Shown here piece by piece: positions 1 through 9,804 of a stretch of 42,124 nt of DNA. Below the pieces are notes generated by a model. The model searched no databases. It was given only the letters and a program-made list of their open reading frames with translations, and was not told the origin of the DNA. Every line of letters begins with the position of its first letter. Within the stretch, counting starts at the first letter, position 1. Made by a program: the position numbers and the translations under genes. This DNA is from an uncultured Bacilli bacterium (GTDB lineage: Bacteria > Bacillota_I > Bacilli_A > RF39 > UBA660): contig CANQEE010000003.1 in assembly GCA_947594595.1 (NCBI GenBank), positions 1 to 42,124 of the forward strand, written 5' to 3'.

Positions 1-75
1 AATGGAGAGAAGACGCATTTAGTTGCAAGGGACAAAAAGAAGGAGTTGATTAGTCGTGTCACAAATCTTCATTAA
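1..75 (+). CDS. 3' end of a gene running off the window, possibly a LytTR-family regulator
   Basis: Frame 1 reads NGEKTHLVARDKKKELISRVTNLH* and is followed by a hairpin. It resembles LytTR C-termini (NG..L.SR..KK.L). Confidence 0.4.
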   Translation, partial: NGEKTHLVARDKKKELISRVTNLH

Positions 76-110
76 AAAAATTTTCCACAATGATTGTGAA
101 AAATTTTTTT
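74..110. terminator. Bidirectional intrinsic terminator
   Basis: aaaaaaattttccacaa-tga-ttgtgaaaaattttttt, a 17-bp inverted repeat with 1 mismatch between convergent genes. Confidence 0.7.
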
Positions 111-987
111 ATCCTTTATATTCTCCACCATTGATGTGGAAAACTTGTCCTGTTGTATAAGAAGCATCATCACTTGCTAAATAAACAAAAATTGGAGCAA
201 TTTCATAAGGTTGACCTGCACGTTTCATAGGACAATCTGCCGCCAGATAAGGAATTTTAGAAGCCTCCCAACAAGCAGGTTGTAAGGGGGTCCAAAAAAA
301 GCCTGGAGAAACAGCATTTACACGAATATTTTGAGATGCAAGATTGGTAGCAAGACTTCTTGTAAACCCTACAATAGCTCCTTTCGTCGTAACATAATCA
401 ATTAGTTCTGGTTCTCCTTTAAAAGTTGTAATAGAGGTTACGTTAATAATGGAAGCTCCACTTTTTAAATAAGGAAGTGCCGCTTTTGTTAAATAAAACA
501 TCCCATATACATTTACTTTCATTGTATAATCAAATTGTTGATCCGTAATTTCTGTTAAATTTTTCTTTTGATATTGTACACCAGCATTGTTTACTAAAAT
601 ATCAAGTTTTCCATAGGTCTGAATTACTTCATCAATCAATTGTCTACAAGAACAAGGCCTTGTTATATCACTTTGAATGGCACAACAAATTCCACCTAAA
701 GATCGAATATAATGAACCGTATCCATTGCATCTTTTACCTCATTCAAATAGGAAATGACAACTTTTGCACCTTCTTTAGCAAAAAAAACTGCAACAGCTC
801 TACCAATTCCAGAATCTCCTCCTGTAATCAGAGCTACTTTAGAAGAAAGTTTTCCACTTCCTTGATAATTGGGACGATCAAAAATAGGAAGTGGTGTCAT
901 TACATATTCAAAACCAGGTTGCCTATTTTGATGTTGAGGAGGAAATTCTAAAAAAAATTCTGTACATTTTTTTCCAATTTTTTGCAT
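109..987 (-). CDS. SDR family oxidoreductase (YhdF/YghA-like)
   Basis: TGGDSGIG, NNAG, YxxxK (YVTTK) and the N-terminal PPQHQ..QPG motif typical of this subfamily. Confidence 0.9.
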   Translation of the reverse strand: MQKIGKKCTEFFLEFPPQHQNRQPGFEYVMTPLPIFDRPNYQGSGKLSSKVALITGGDSGIGRAVAVFFAKEGAKVVISYLNEVKDAMDTVHYIRSLGGICCAIQSDITRPCSCRQLIDEVIQTYGKLDILVNNAGVQYQKKNLTEITDQQFDYTMKVNVYGMFYLTKAALPYLKSGASIINVTSITTFKGEPELIDYVTTKGAIVGFTRSLATNLASQNIRVNAVSPGFFWTPLQPACWEASKIPYLAADCPMKRAGQPYEIAPIFVYLASDDASYTTGQVFHINGGEYKG

Positions 988-1039
988 TATATCACCTAGT
1001 AAACTATATGGAAAAATAGAAAAAAAAAAAGTAGATTTT

Positions 1040-2992
1040 TTAAGTTTCTTCTACTTCTAATTCAAATAACAAATCTCGAAGTTCCATTGCACGCTCAAAA
1101 TCTAATTCTTTCGCAGCTTCTCGCATCTGCTTTTCAATAGTATCTTTCATAAGAATCAAATCTTTCTTTGATTTTTTCTTTTGTTTTTCTTCTTTATTAT
1201 CAATATTATGAATCACTTCTCGAATTTCTTTTTCAATTGTTTTTGGAACAATATGATGTTCTAAATTGTATGCTTGTTGAATCTCACGACGACGTTTTGT
1301 CTCATCAATTGCTTCCTGCATACTGTCTGTAATTTTATCTGCATACATAATAACATGTCCATTTGCATTTCTTGCACAACGTCCAATTGTTTGTATTAGA
1401 CTTCGACTACTTCGCAAGAACCCTTCTTTATCTGCATCTAATATTGCAATTAAAGAAACTTCTGGGATATCAATACCTTCTCGAAGAAGATTGATTCCAA
1501 CTAAAACATCATATTTTCCTGCTCGAAGATCATGAATGATTTGAAGACGTTCTAAAGTTTTGACTTCTGTATGTAAATAGGCAACTTTTATATCAATTTC
1601 TTTTAAATAATTCGTCAATTCTTCTGCCATTCGAATTGTAAGAGTAGTTACTAAAACTCTTTCATTTCTTTCTATTCTTATTCGAACTTCTTCTATTAAA
1701 TCATCAATTTGTCCTTCTGATTTTCTCACTTCAATCGTAGGATCTAACAATCCTGTAGGTCGAATAATTTGTTCTACAAATTGATGATTTGTCTTTTCAA
1801 GTTCATAATCTCCTGGAGTTGCTGATACATAAATTGCTTGATTGATTTTTTTCTCAAATTCTTCAAATTTTAAAGGCCTATTATCCAGTGCGCTTGGTAG
1901 ACGAAATCCAAAATCAACCAAATTCATTTTTCGAGCTCGATCTCCGTTATACATTCCACGTACTTGTGGTAAAGTCACATGACTTTCATCTACTACCAAT
2001 AAAAAGTCATCTGGGAAAAAGTCCATCAAAGTAGTCGGAGTCTCTCCTTCTTCTCTTCCTGCCATATGCCGAGAATAATTTTCAATTCCATGACAAAATC
2101 CTGTTTCCTCCAACATTTCAATATCATACTTTGTTCTTTGTTCCAATCGTTCTTTTGCTAAGAGTTGATTGGTATCATTAAAATAAGCAACTCGTTCTTT
2201 TAGTTCTTCTTTAATTCGAGCAATTGCTTTTTTTAGTTTTTTGTCACTAATTACAAAGTGAGATGCTGGAAATAGGGTAATGGTTTTTTTCTTATTTAAA
2301 ACAACTCCTGTAAGGGTATCAATTTCGCTAATTCGATCAATCTCCGCACCAAAAAATTCAATTCGATATCCTGTACTGTTTTGATAGCTTGGAATAATTT
2401 CTAAAACATCGCCTCTTACCCTAAAGGTTCCACGTTTAAAATCAAAATCATTTCTTTCATATTGCATCTCTACGAGTTTAGCCATAATAACATTACGTTC
2501 TACTTCTTCTCCCACATTTAATGTCAACATTTTATTTTGATATTCTTCGACTTCACCAATTCCATAAATACAAGAAACAGAGGCAACAACGATAACATTA
2601 TTGGAAGATAAAAGAGAGGAAGTAGCAGCATGCCTTAATTCATCAATCTCATCATTGATGGATGAATCTTTTTCAATATAAGTATCTGTAGAAGGAACAT
2701 AGGCCTCTGGTTGATAGTAATCATAGTATGAGACAAAATAACATACCTTATCTTCTGGGAACAGCTCCTTGAGCTCACTATATAACTGACCAGCAAGAGT
2801 CTTATTGTGTGCCAAAACTAACGTCGGTTTTTTTACTTGAGCAATAACATTTGCGATTGTAAAGGTCTTTCCAGTTCCTGTTGCACCTAGTAAAACTTGG
2901 TGTTTCTTGCCTTCTTTGATTCCTTGAACGAGTTTTTCTATTGCTTGTGGCTGATCTCCATTTGGTTTAAATTTTGAGTGAATTTTAAACAT
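1040..2992 (-). CDS. uvrB: Excinuclease ABC subunit B
   Basis: [23 protein letters not shown]-terminal UVR motif. Start set at ATG 2992 behind an AGGAGG RBS. Confidence 0.98.
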   Translation of the reverse strand: MFKIHSKFKPNGDQPQAIEKLVQGIKEGKKHQVLLGATGTGKTFTIANVIAQVKKPTLVLAHNKTLAGQLYSELKELFPEDKVCYFVSYYDYYQPEAYVPSTDTYIEKDSSINDEIDELRHAATSSLLSSNNVIVVASVSCIYGIGEVEEYQNKMLTLNVGEEVERNVIMAKLVEMQYERNDFDFKRGTFRVRGDVLEIIPSYQNSTGYRIEFFGAEIDRISEIDTLTGVVLNKKKTITLFPASHFVISDKKLKKAIARIKEELKERVAYFNDTNQLLAKERLEQRTKYDIEMLEETGFCHGIENYSRHMAGREEGETPTTLMDFFPDDFLLVVDESHVTLPQVRGMYNGDRARKMNLVDFGFRLPSALDNRPLKFEEFEKKINQAIYVSATPGDYELEKTNHQFVEQIIRPTGLLDPTIEVRKSEGQIDDLIEEVRIRIERNERVLVTTLTIRMAEELTNYLKEIDIKVAYLHTEVKTLERLQIIHDLRAGKYDVLVGINLLREGIDIPEVSLIAILDADKEGFLRSSRSLIQTIGRCARNANGHVIMYADKITDSMQEAIDETKRRREIQQAYNLEHHIVPKTIEKEIREVIHNIDNKEEKQKKKSKKDLILMKDTIEKQMREAAKELDFERAMELRDLLFELEVEET

Positions 2993-3147
2993 TTTTTCCT
3001 CCTTCCTGTGACTTATTATGATTACTTTCATCCTTTCATTGGTCCCCAAACGAATATTTTTGTCTGGTTAATAGTTAATTTTTTGGTCGGGACGAATAAA
3101 AGTCACAAATTTCATTTTTAGAATATAAAATACGAAATAATATTAGT

Positions 3148-5124
3148 TTATTTACTTTTTCCTGCAGGATTGGTTACTATTTCCTGATATTTATTACAAT
3201 TTTTTAATACCGTAGTATCTTTTAAAGATTTAAAGTTAGCATCTCCTCCTATGTATTTTAAAGAATTTAAATCCTTGGCATCTTTTAATGATTCAAAGCC
3301 AGCAGAAAGTCCTATGTATTTTAGATGTTTTAAACCCTTCGCAGTCTCTAGAGAATTAAAACGAGCAATACCTCCTATATATTTTAAAGAGCTTAAATTT
3401 TGGGCATCTTTTAATGATTCAAAGCTAGCATAAGAACCTATATATTCCAAGGAATTTAAACCCTTCGCATCTTTTAAAGAACTAAAGTATGCATCTCTTC
3501 TTATATGCTTTAAGGATTTTAATCCTTCGGCAGTCTCTAGGGAATTAAAACGAGCAATACCTCCTATATATTCCAGATGATCTAAACCCTCTGTAGTAGT
3601 CAAATAATAGAAGTCAGCTGACGATCCTATATGTTCAAGATGATTTAGTCCTTCAGCATTCACTAATGAATGAAAGTTGACCTCTCCTCCTATATATTTT
3701 AGATGATTTAAACCTTCAGCAGTCTCTAAGGAATAAAATTGAGCATTACCTCCTATATACTCCAGATGATCTAAACCCTTCGCATCCTGTAATGATGGAA
3801 AATCAGCATATCCAATAATTGCTTTTAAATGTCTATATTTTTCTGGTACTATTTTACCTTTATAAATAAAATCGGATGTAAAAACTTCAATATCTCTTTC
3901 GTCAAAGTCTTTCATTGTGGTTCCTATTTGATCTTTTCTGCAACCAAATATTATACTTAAATCTTCTTTCATATCTCTCTTTGACTTAATCTCTTCTATT
4001 CTAGGATCTTTTTCAAATCCAAATCCTAATATCTCTGATTCTATTTCATATAAAAATCTTAATTCTTCTATGGTTAGTTTTTTATTATCTTTTACTTTAT
4101 GCTCTATTTCTGTTAGTTTTTTCATATCATGTACTTTTTTCTTATATTTTTCTTTATCTTCAAATTCATCTAGTTTCTTTTCTGTTATCTCTATCATATT
4201 TCCCTCTAGATTTTGATTCTTACTAACCCCTCTTACTTCCCCAATCTCTTCTTTCCCATTCATTCGAATCGCAATTCTTGGGGTGGTATATCGTCCTTCT
4301 TCATTCTTTGTATAATATACATAAAAGTCTCCATTATCCAGTTGTGTTTTTGCTGTTTCATATCCTGCTGTACACCATCCTGTATTCTTCCCTTGTAAAC
4401 TATCACATAACTTTTTAGAGTCACTTCCCTGTTCATATTTTATCCATTTTCCTTCTGTTTCTTTATCTTCTCCTTTATAATTCTGTTTCTTTAGAAAATA
4501 CAAATATAGTTTTTGAAAACTTTCTCCTATATTTAAAATTTCTTCCTGTTCTTTACTTATTTCATTTTCTCCAATTTCCCCTTTTAATACATCATATATT
4601 TGTGCTAGTATTTCCCTATTTAATTCTAGATATTTCTCCACTGTTTCACTTGTTCTTTTTGTAAATTTCATTTTTTCTTTATCAAATTTTCCTAGTTTTA
4701 ACATTCCTCTAAATACATAATGTTTAAACCACATTGGATACATTGCATCATCACTGCTTAAATAGGTTATCCATTCCTTCAGTGATTCTTTCTGATCTTT
4801 TTGAATTATTTTTAACATATCTTCTTTCATTTGATCATTGATTTCTACATTCCCATATCCTTGTTTTTTATATATTTCCTTTTGTAGTTTAATATAAGAT
4901 TCTGGCAATTCTTTGATTACATATTTATCATAATATACTTGTAATAATCTTTCTAATCGATGAGCATTATCTTTTGACTCTTCATGTATCTTTTCTAGTC
5001 TATTTAAGTATTTCCTTATTTTTTCTTCGGGACTATCACTTTTTAATGCTTTACTCTCTACAATATCTTCTTTATGCATATCACTATATAATTTATTTAA
5101 AAACTCTTCTCCTGTCTTATACAT
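3148..5124 (-). CDS. Hypothetical protein with a conserved WCTAG central domain and C-terminal LRR-like repeats
   Basis: 658 aa ORF with GGAGG RBS, motif GKNTGWCTAG..DFYVYY..PRIAIRM..EVRG, and ten 21-aa LxxIGxxAxFxxL repeats. Confidence 0.85.
   Translation of the reverse strand: MYKTGEEFLNKLYSDMHKEDIVESKALKSDSPEEKIRKYLNRLEKIHEESKDNAHRLERLLQVYYDKYVIKELPESYIKLQKEIYKKQGYGNVEINDQMKEDMLKIIQKDQKESLKEWITYLSSDDAMYPMWFKHYVFRGMLKLGKFDKEKMKFTKRTSETVEKYLELNREILAQIYDVLKGEIGENEISKEQEEILNIGESFQKLYLYFLKKQNYKGEDKETEGKWIKYEQGSDSKKLCDSLQGKNTGWCTAGYETAKTQLDNGDFYVYYTKNEEGRYTTPRIAIRMNGKEEIGEVRGVSKNQNLEGNMIEITEKKLDEFEDKEKYKKKVHDMKKLTEIEHKVKDNKKLTIEELRFLYEIESEILGFGFEKDPRIEEIKSKRDMKEDLSIIFGCRKDQIGTTMKDFDERDIEVFTSDFIYKGKIVPEKYRHLKAIIGYADFPSLQDAKGLDHLEYIGGNAQFYSLETAEGLNHLKYIGGEVNFHSLVNAEGLNHLEHIGSSADFYYLTTTEGLDHLEYIGGIARFNSLETAEGLKSLKHIRRDAYFSSLKDAKGLNSLEYIGSYASFESLKDAQNLSSLKYIGGIARFNSLETAKGLKHLKYIGLSAGFESLKDAKDLNSLKYIGGDANFKSLKDTTVLKNCNKYQEIVTNPAGKSK
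3205..3834 (-). repeat. Ten tandem 63-bp (21-aa) LRR-like repeats
   Basis: Units such as DHLEYIGGNAQFYSLETAEGL. Repeats 5 and 8 share YIGGIARFNSLETA and near-identical DNA. Confidence 0.9.
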
Positions 5125-5151
5125 GGAATCCCTCCTAGTCTTCTTTTTGAT

Positions 5152-5285
5152 TTATTTTATTTCTATTATTCTAATTATTTTTTTTGATGATACTCTTTCT
5201 TCAGTTTTCTTTTTGATTTTCTCATACTGATTACAATTTTTTAATGGTTTTTATCTTCTAAAGAAGAAAAGTATGCATCTCCTCC
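5152..5285 (-). pseudogene. Remnant 3' end of a paralog of the LRR-like gene
   Basis: Reads GGDAYFSSLED(frameshift)LKNCNQYEKI...*, aligning to GGDANFKSLKDTTVLKNCNKYQEI at the end of 3148..5124. Confidence 0.7.
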
Positions 5286-5384
5286 ACGTACAAAAATTTC
5301 TCCAAGTAAGTAATTTTATTTAGTTAATAACTCTTTTTTATGATTAAATAATATGAATAATGTTAAAAAGTTTTCTGTCTACTT

Positions 5385-5413
5385 ATTCTAGCATTTTTAC
5401 AATGAAAAAACAA
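5385..5413 (-). promoter_or_regulatory. Putative sigmaA promoter upstream of the LRR-like gene
   Basis: TTGTTT-17 bp-TAGAAT with extended -10 TG. Confidence 0.45.
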
Positions 5414-5627
5414 GGTAAGCAAAAATTACCTACCCTTGCATTTTGTAGTGTTACAATTGACGTGAAACATTCCTATGTAAAAAAGTAATTTTTCAAAATA
5501 CTAATATCATCGAACATTTCTAGTTTATTTTTTAAAACATAAAATAATAAAGGAAGAACTCTAATAAAAATAAGAAGTCCAATTATTATTTCAAAATTTG
5601 AATAATTCACAATTTATCACATTTTCT

Positions 5628-6209
5628 CTAATTTTCCTTATATTCAATTTTTCGTCTACAAAACTTACAAGTTCCTGTTTTTTCTGTAAGCATATTATCA
5701 GAACCACAATATGGACAATAAATGATATGAGTATTTTTAGCTTTTTCTCTTTTTTCTTTCATAATTAAATCGTTTTTCTGAGATATTTTACTTTCCCTTT
5801 GATCATTCTTAAAAATATAATTTCTAATTTCGCTATTAAACTTTCCACTAATTTTAGTAAACACCCTTTTAAATACAACTGATAATATAAGAAATATTAT
5901 ACTTACTGATATAAGCAATTTACTATAACTTATAAATTTTTCATTGTATAAATTAGAATTAACTATATCGCTTAAATATGGAATATTAAAATTTTTTATA
6001 TTGATTAAATTTAATACTTCATTTATAAGTATAAGACTAATTATTACAACTCCTATACTTAATAAACATATTGATGTTGAAACTTTTTTGTTATTATATA
6101 TCAATAATCTTAAAAGTATTAAGCATACTCCAAGGAAAGGAATAAAGTACAAAAATACTAAGATACTAGGAATACTTGCTAAAAGTTTTATAAAAAAATT
6201 TTCTTTCAT
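5628..6209 (-). CDS. Membrane protein with C-terminal zinc ribbon
   Basis: About 3-4 hydrophobic segments and CPYCG..CKFC. Confidence 0.8.
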   Translation of the reverse strand: MKENFFIKLLASIPSILVFLYFIPFLGVCLILLRLLIYNNKKVSTSICLLSIGVVIISLILINEVLNLINIKNFNIPYLSDIVNSNLYNEKFISYSKLLISVSIIFLILSVVFKRVFTKISGKFNSEIRNYIFKNDQRESKISQKNDLIMKEKREKAKNTHIIYCPYCGSDNMLTEKTGTCKFCRRKIEYKEN

Positions 6210-6223
6210 TTTCTATTCTCCTA

Positions 6224-9061
6224 TTATTGATTGAAATACGCCAAATCGTATTCTAATGATGGTGTTATTCTGATAGGTTGGTTTGAGTCTGTATAATATG
6301 AATTTGCCTTTGTAACACATTTATCTTTTTTACATTCAACATCTACATATCTTTTTTCACCAGGATAATTATTATCATATACACCTATATAATAATAATT
6401 TGGATTTTCAATATCCTGTACTAAACTAATTGCGTTAATAGCATGTAATCCACCACTATAACTAGATGAGATTACTAAAGGATCGTGATCAGCTAATCTT
6501 GTCTTTATTATATTTATAAAACCTGATGCACCCGTATATCCTGTTGTTTCTGTACCTATAACATTTTTTAACCATAAAATAAAATTGGTTGATGATGAAT
6601 AGAAAGTTGTGGAGTTTTGCTTTATAAAACTGGCATATATAGCATTAAACATTTGCTTATCATCATTGATAAAAGAACTACTTTTTTGCATCTTATCTTC
6701 ATTTAACAATAAACTCTCTGCTGTTTTATAATTTACTCCCCATTTTTCGATTTGTGCTTCCTTAGATAATCCAGATTCTTCTTCTTTTATATCGTAAATT
6801 CCAGAGTTTTCTATTTCTTCCTTATACTTATCATTGATAATTAACACATCGTCTTTTAATCCTCTAAAATCTGCTGGAACTTCTTCGCCAAATATATCAT
6901 AACCAAAAGTATATTTTAAAGTGTTTGTCTTTAATTTGTAATCATATAAGTTGCTATAATTTTTAAAATATGTATTAGATAAATCATATTCATAAGATCT
7001 ACTATTATCAGATGTAAGAGAGCCAACCTTTAATGGCAATACTTTTTTATAATATAATTCGGCAAAAGTAGCCATTCCAAAACAATGTCCTCTAGCAGAT
7101 AAGTTTGTTCCATAGTTTGCAAATGAGAATCCATCACGATTTACTACGAAGCCACTATCAGCTACCAATATACCATCAGACTCACCATCATTATCAAGAT
7201 CTACTAAATCATCATCCAATTCAGCTCCAATATTTTCAAACAATTCAGTTAAGCCATTAACATTACTTGAAGAAAAGAACTTACATCCTGTACCATTTGA
7301 AATATTGGATAACTCAGTATTATATGAACCTCCACCAAAACCTATTGAACATATTTTTACATCACTAGAGTTTGCTTTTTCAATGATTTTTTCTGTTTTA
7401 CTATTTAATGATGAATCTTGTCCATCCGTTAATATAACGATAAACTTATTATCACTATCTTTAGAAAATTCTCCAATACCACTTGTTAATGCATTTCCAA
7501 TATTAGTACCTTCTGATTTGGTTATAAATTTACCCTTCATTCCACTTAAGGTAGATTTAATTGAGGCTGCATCTGTTCCTATTATAGAGGCATTTGCATA
7601 GTCACTTCTAAATTCTGATAATCCCATTTGATAATTTTTTTGAGATAATCTTGATACTAAATCACTTGTTAATGTAAATCTTACTCCTTTTTCATCAAAT
7701 CCATCTAACTTAGATCCTCCAAATAATCCTCCAGAATATTCTTTTCCAGTTATTTTTTTATATTGAGCATTACTATACATACTCCAAGAATTATCAAGAA
7801 TAAACAATATTTGAGTGACTTCTTCTTCTTTTACTAATGACTCATCACCTACTACATAATTAGAAAAATGTTTTAATTTTGCTGTTAAAGTGTTATTGTC
7901 TTTATCAATAGTTGTTTCAATCTTCTCATATTTTGATTTCTTTTCATTATAATAAAAGATAGATAAATTGTCTTCATTTAGCCCGTATTTTGATAAATCT
8001 TCATCTGTATAGAAAATTGTAATTACTGCTTCATCAATACTTCCATCCGTATAGAATGTGTATAAATTATCAATCATACCTTTTTTATTGCTAATTTTAG
8101 TATTTGAACTTATCTCAGCTATTGTACTTGCAATATTTCCTTTACCAAAAACAGAAAGTTTTAAGCCATCTGTCTCATAATCATAAGTTAGCTTTCTTTC
8201 CCCATCCTTTTTTCCATCACCTTTGGAATCTGATTTTAATGGATCTAAACCTAATTCTATTTCATCATAATCATTTAATCCATCACCATCTGTGTCCTTT
8301 TTATTTGGATCAGTTTTACTTGTGTTAATTTCATAATCATCATCCAAACCATCCATATCACTATCAGATAATAATGGATTCGTTTTGTATTCTTTTTCTT
8401 GTTTATTTGTTAAATTATCTAAATCTAGGTCTTCATCAGAATCTAAATCTATTTCATAGTCTAAAGTAAGTTCTTTGTCTTGCATATCAAATGGTATAAT
8501 CTGATATTCTTTACTTATTTTCTTTAACTTATAGGCAGCTGTTATTTTACATTTTCCAGTTGCTTCTGTTAAATCCCATTTTACTTCTAAACCATTGCCT
8601 TCAACTTTACCACAAGTAGAAGAATATTTTATTTTATCAATTTTCGTATCATCAGAAAAATTTACACCTAATTTTATATTGGATTGTGTTATATAAGTTA
8701 ATTTAGAATCAGAATAATTATCATTCCAACTTAACTTTTCAAACCCAATAAAACGACTATATAAAAATGACCCAATAGCAATTACTAAAACACAACAAGA
8801 TCCAACTGCAATCTGTTTTTTATGATTTTTCATGAAGGTTTTCGTTTTATCAATTTTGGGCTTTATAAAATCTGAACTATTTTTTGAAAATTTTTCTGTC
8901 ATGGTGACATTCGTATTTGAAGTTGTTTGTTGGATTGGTTGAATGTCATCTTGTTTTTGTCCTTCCTGATTAGGAACTGATAATTCTTTAATACTTTTTC
9001 CACAATTTGGACAAAATTTCTCATTCCCATTCAGTTTATTTCCACAATTTTGGCAAAACAT
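6224..9061 (-). CDS. Zinc-ribbon/TM/Ca-binding repeat/VWA protein with putative C-terminal cysteine-peptidase-like domain
   Basis: Start ATG 9061 (GGAAAGGAG RBS). CQNCG..CPNCG, one TM, DxDxDGL repeats, LKHFS, MIDAS (DNSWS..T..LTDG), GHCFGMA..HAI..YDNNYP. Confidence 0.85.
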   Translation of the reverse strand: MFCQNCGNKLNGNEKFCPNCGKSIKELSVPNQEGQKQDDIQPIQQTTSNTNVTMTEKFSKNSSDFIKPKIDKTKTFMKNHKKQIAVGSCCVLVIAIGSFLYSRFIGFEKLSWNDNYSDSKLTYITQSNIKLGVNFSDDTKIDKIKYSSTCGKVEGNGLEVKWDLTEATGKCKITAAYKLKKISKEYQIIPFDMQDKELTLDYEIDLDSDEDLDLDNLTNKQEKEYKTNPLLSDSDMDGLDDDYEINTSKTDPNKKDTDGDGLNDYDEIELGLDPLKSDSKGDGKKDGERKLTYDYETDGLKLSVFGKGNIASTIAEISSNTKISNKKGMIDNLYTFYTDGSIDEAVITIFYTDEDLSKYGLNEDNLSIFYYNEKKSKYEKIETTIDKDNNTLTAKLKHFSNYVVGDESLVKEEEVTQILFILDNSWSMYSNAQYKKITGKEYSGGLFGGSKLDGFDEKGVRFTLTSDLVSRLSQKNYQMGLSEFRSDYANASIIGTDAASIKSTLSGMKGKFITKSEGTNIGNALTSGIGEFSKDSDNKFIVILTDGQDSSLNSKTEKIIEKANSSDVKICSIGFGGGSYNTELSNISNGTGCKFFSSSNVNGLTELFENIGAELDDDLVDLDNDGESDGILVADSGFVVNRDGFSFANYGTNLSARGHCFGMATFAELYYKKVLPLKVGSLTSDNSRSYEYDLSNTYFKNYSNLYDYKLKTNTLKYTFGYDIFGEEVPADFRGLKDDVLIINDKYKEEIENSGIYDIKEEESGLSKEAQIEKWGVNYKTAESLLLNEDKMQKSSSFINDDKQMFNAIYASFIKQNSTTFYSSSTNFILWLKNVIGTETTGYTGASGFINIIKTRLADHDPLVISSSYSGGLHAINAISLVQDIENPNYYYIGVYDNNYPGEKRYVDVECKKDKCVTKANSYYTDSNQPIRITPSLEYDLAYFNQ

Positions 9062-9077
9062 AAATACACTCCTTTCC

Positions 9078-9109
9078 AAAAAAGGATAACTAAAGCAAAT
9101 AGTTATCCT
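9078..9109 (-). terminator. Intra-operon intrinsic terminator just upstream of the VWA gene RBS
   Basis: Perfect 10-bp stem aggataacta/tagttatcct, 7-nt loop, T-run on the minus strand. Confidence 0.65.
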
Positions 9110-9125
9110 CACTTAATATTTCGTT

Positions 9126-9803
9126 TTACTTTGCTTCAGCTGGAATTGTTATTGAACCAGAATTATTATAATTACTATAGTTAATTTCAACTACTTCGGA
9201 AATTCCCATTATTTCCATTTCAAAATTCATTTTTTCTATATAATTGGAAGAATTAACAAGAATACTTATATTGATATCATTGCTTACAATTTTACTTGTA
9301 TCAATACTAGAATCTGCTTGAGCCATTGCTGCGGCAAGTTTCTCGCTTGATATTGTACCAGTATATAATGTATTACTTCCTTGCATTTCTTCTTTAATAT
9401 CAAAAATATAATTATTCAAATTTAACCATGAATTCGTATTTGAATTTTTCACAGAAGTAGAGGTCCATTTACCATTGGAAGCATCACTACTATATGGAGA
9501 GTATACCTTTGTATACGCTTTACCATTGCCATAATCATAATATTCTTCTGTATTAACTCCATAAGTAGATGTTGAACAGTACCCTATTTTATTCTTACGA
9601 TCTTCTTTACAACTCATTGTTGTTGCCACATCCACAATTCCTGTTTTTGTAGTAATTTTTGCAGTATAACTAAAGTTATCTAAATGATTTGTCATTACGT
9701 CCTTTATCTTAGCTAACTGACTATCCTTATTTACTTCTTCTTTTGTAAAACTACATCCAGAAATTCCAATCAAAACTACCATTAAAATAAATAAACGTTT
9801 CAT
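9126..9803 (-). CDS. Lipoprotein, possibly DUF6612/LppX-LprAFG-like fold
   Basis: Signal peptide MKRLFILMVVLIGISG-C with lipobox. Beta-rich body ending YSNYN..ITIPAEAK. Confidence 0.75.
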   Translation of the reverse strand: MKRLFILMVVLIGISGCSFTKEEVNKDSQLAKIKDVMTNHLDNFSYTAKITTKTGIVDVATTMSCKEDRKNKIGYCSTSTYGVNTEEYYDYGNGKAYTKVYSPYSSDASNGKWTSTSVKNSNTNSWLNLNNYIFDIKEEMQGSNTLYTGTISSEKLAAAMAQADSSIDTSKIVSNDINISILVNSSNYIEKMNFEMEIMGISEVVEINYSNYNNSGSITIPAEAK

Positions 9804-9804
9804 A

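Noticed and set aside
3205-3834. CRISPR-like array (also considered for the LysM and dockerin repeats)
   Set aside because: All are in-frame degenerate protein repeats without unique spacers, and no cas genes are present.
3190-5290. LRR gene 3' end plus upstream copy as a diversity-generating retroelement VR/TR pair
   Set aside because: Mismatches are not confined to adenines, indels are present, and no reverse transcriptase is in the window.
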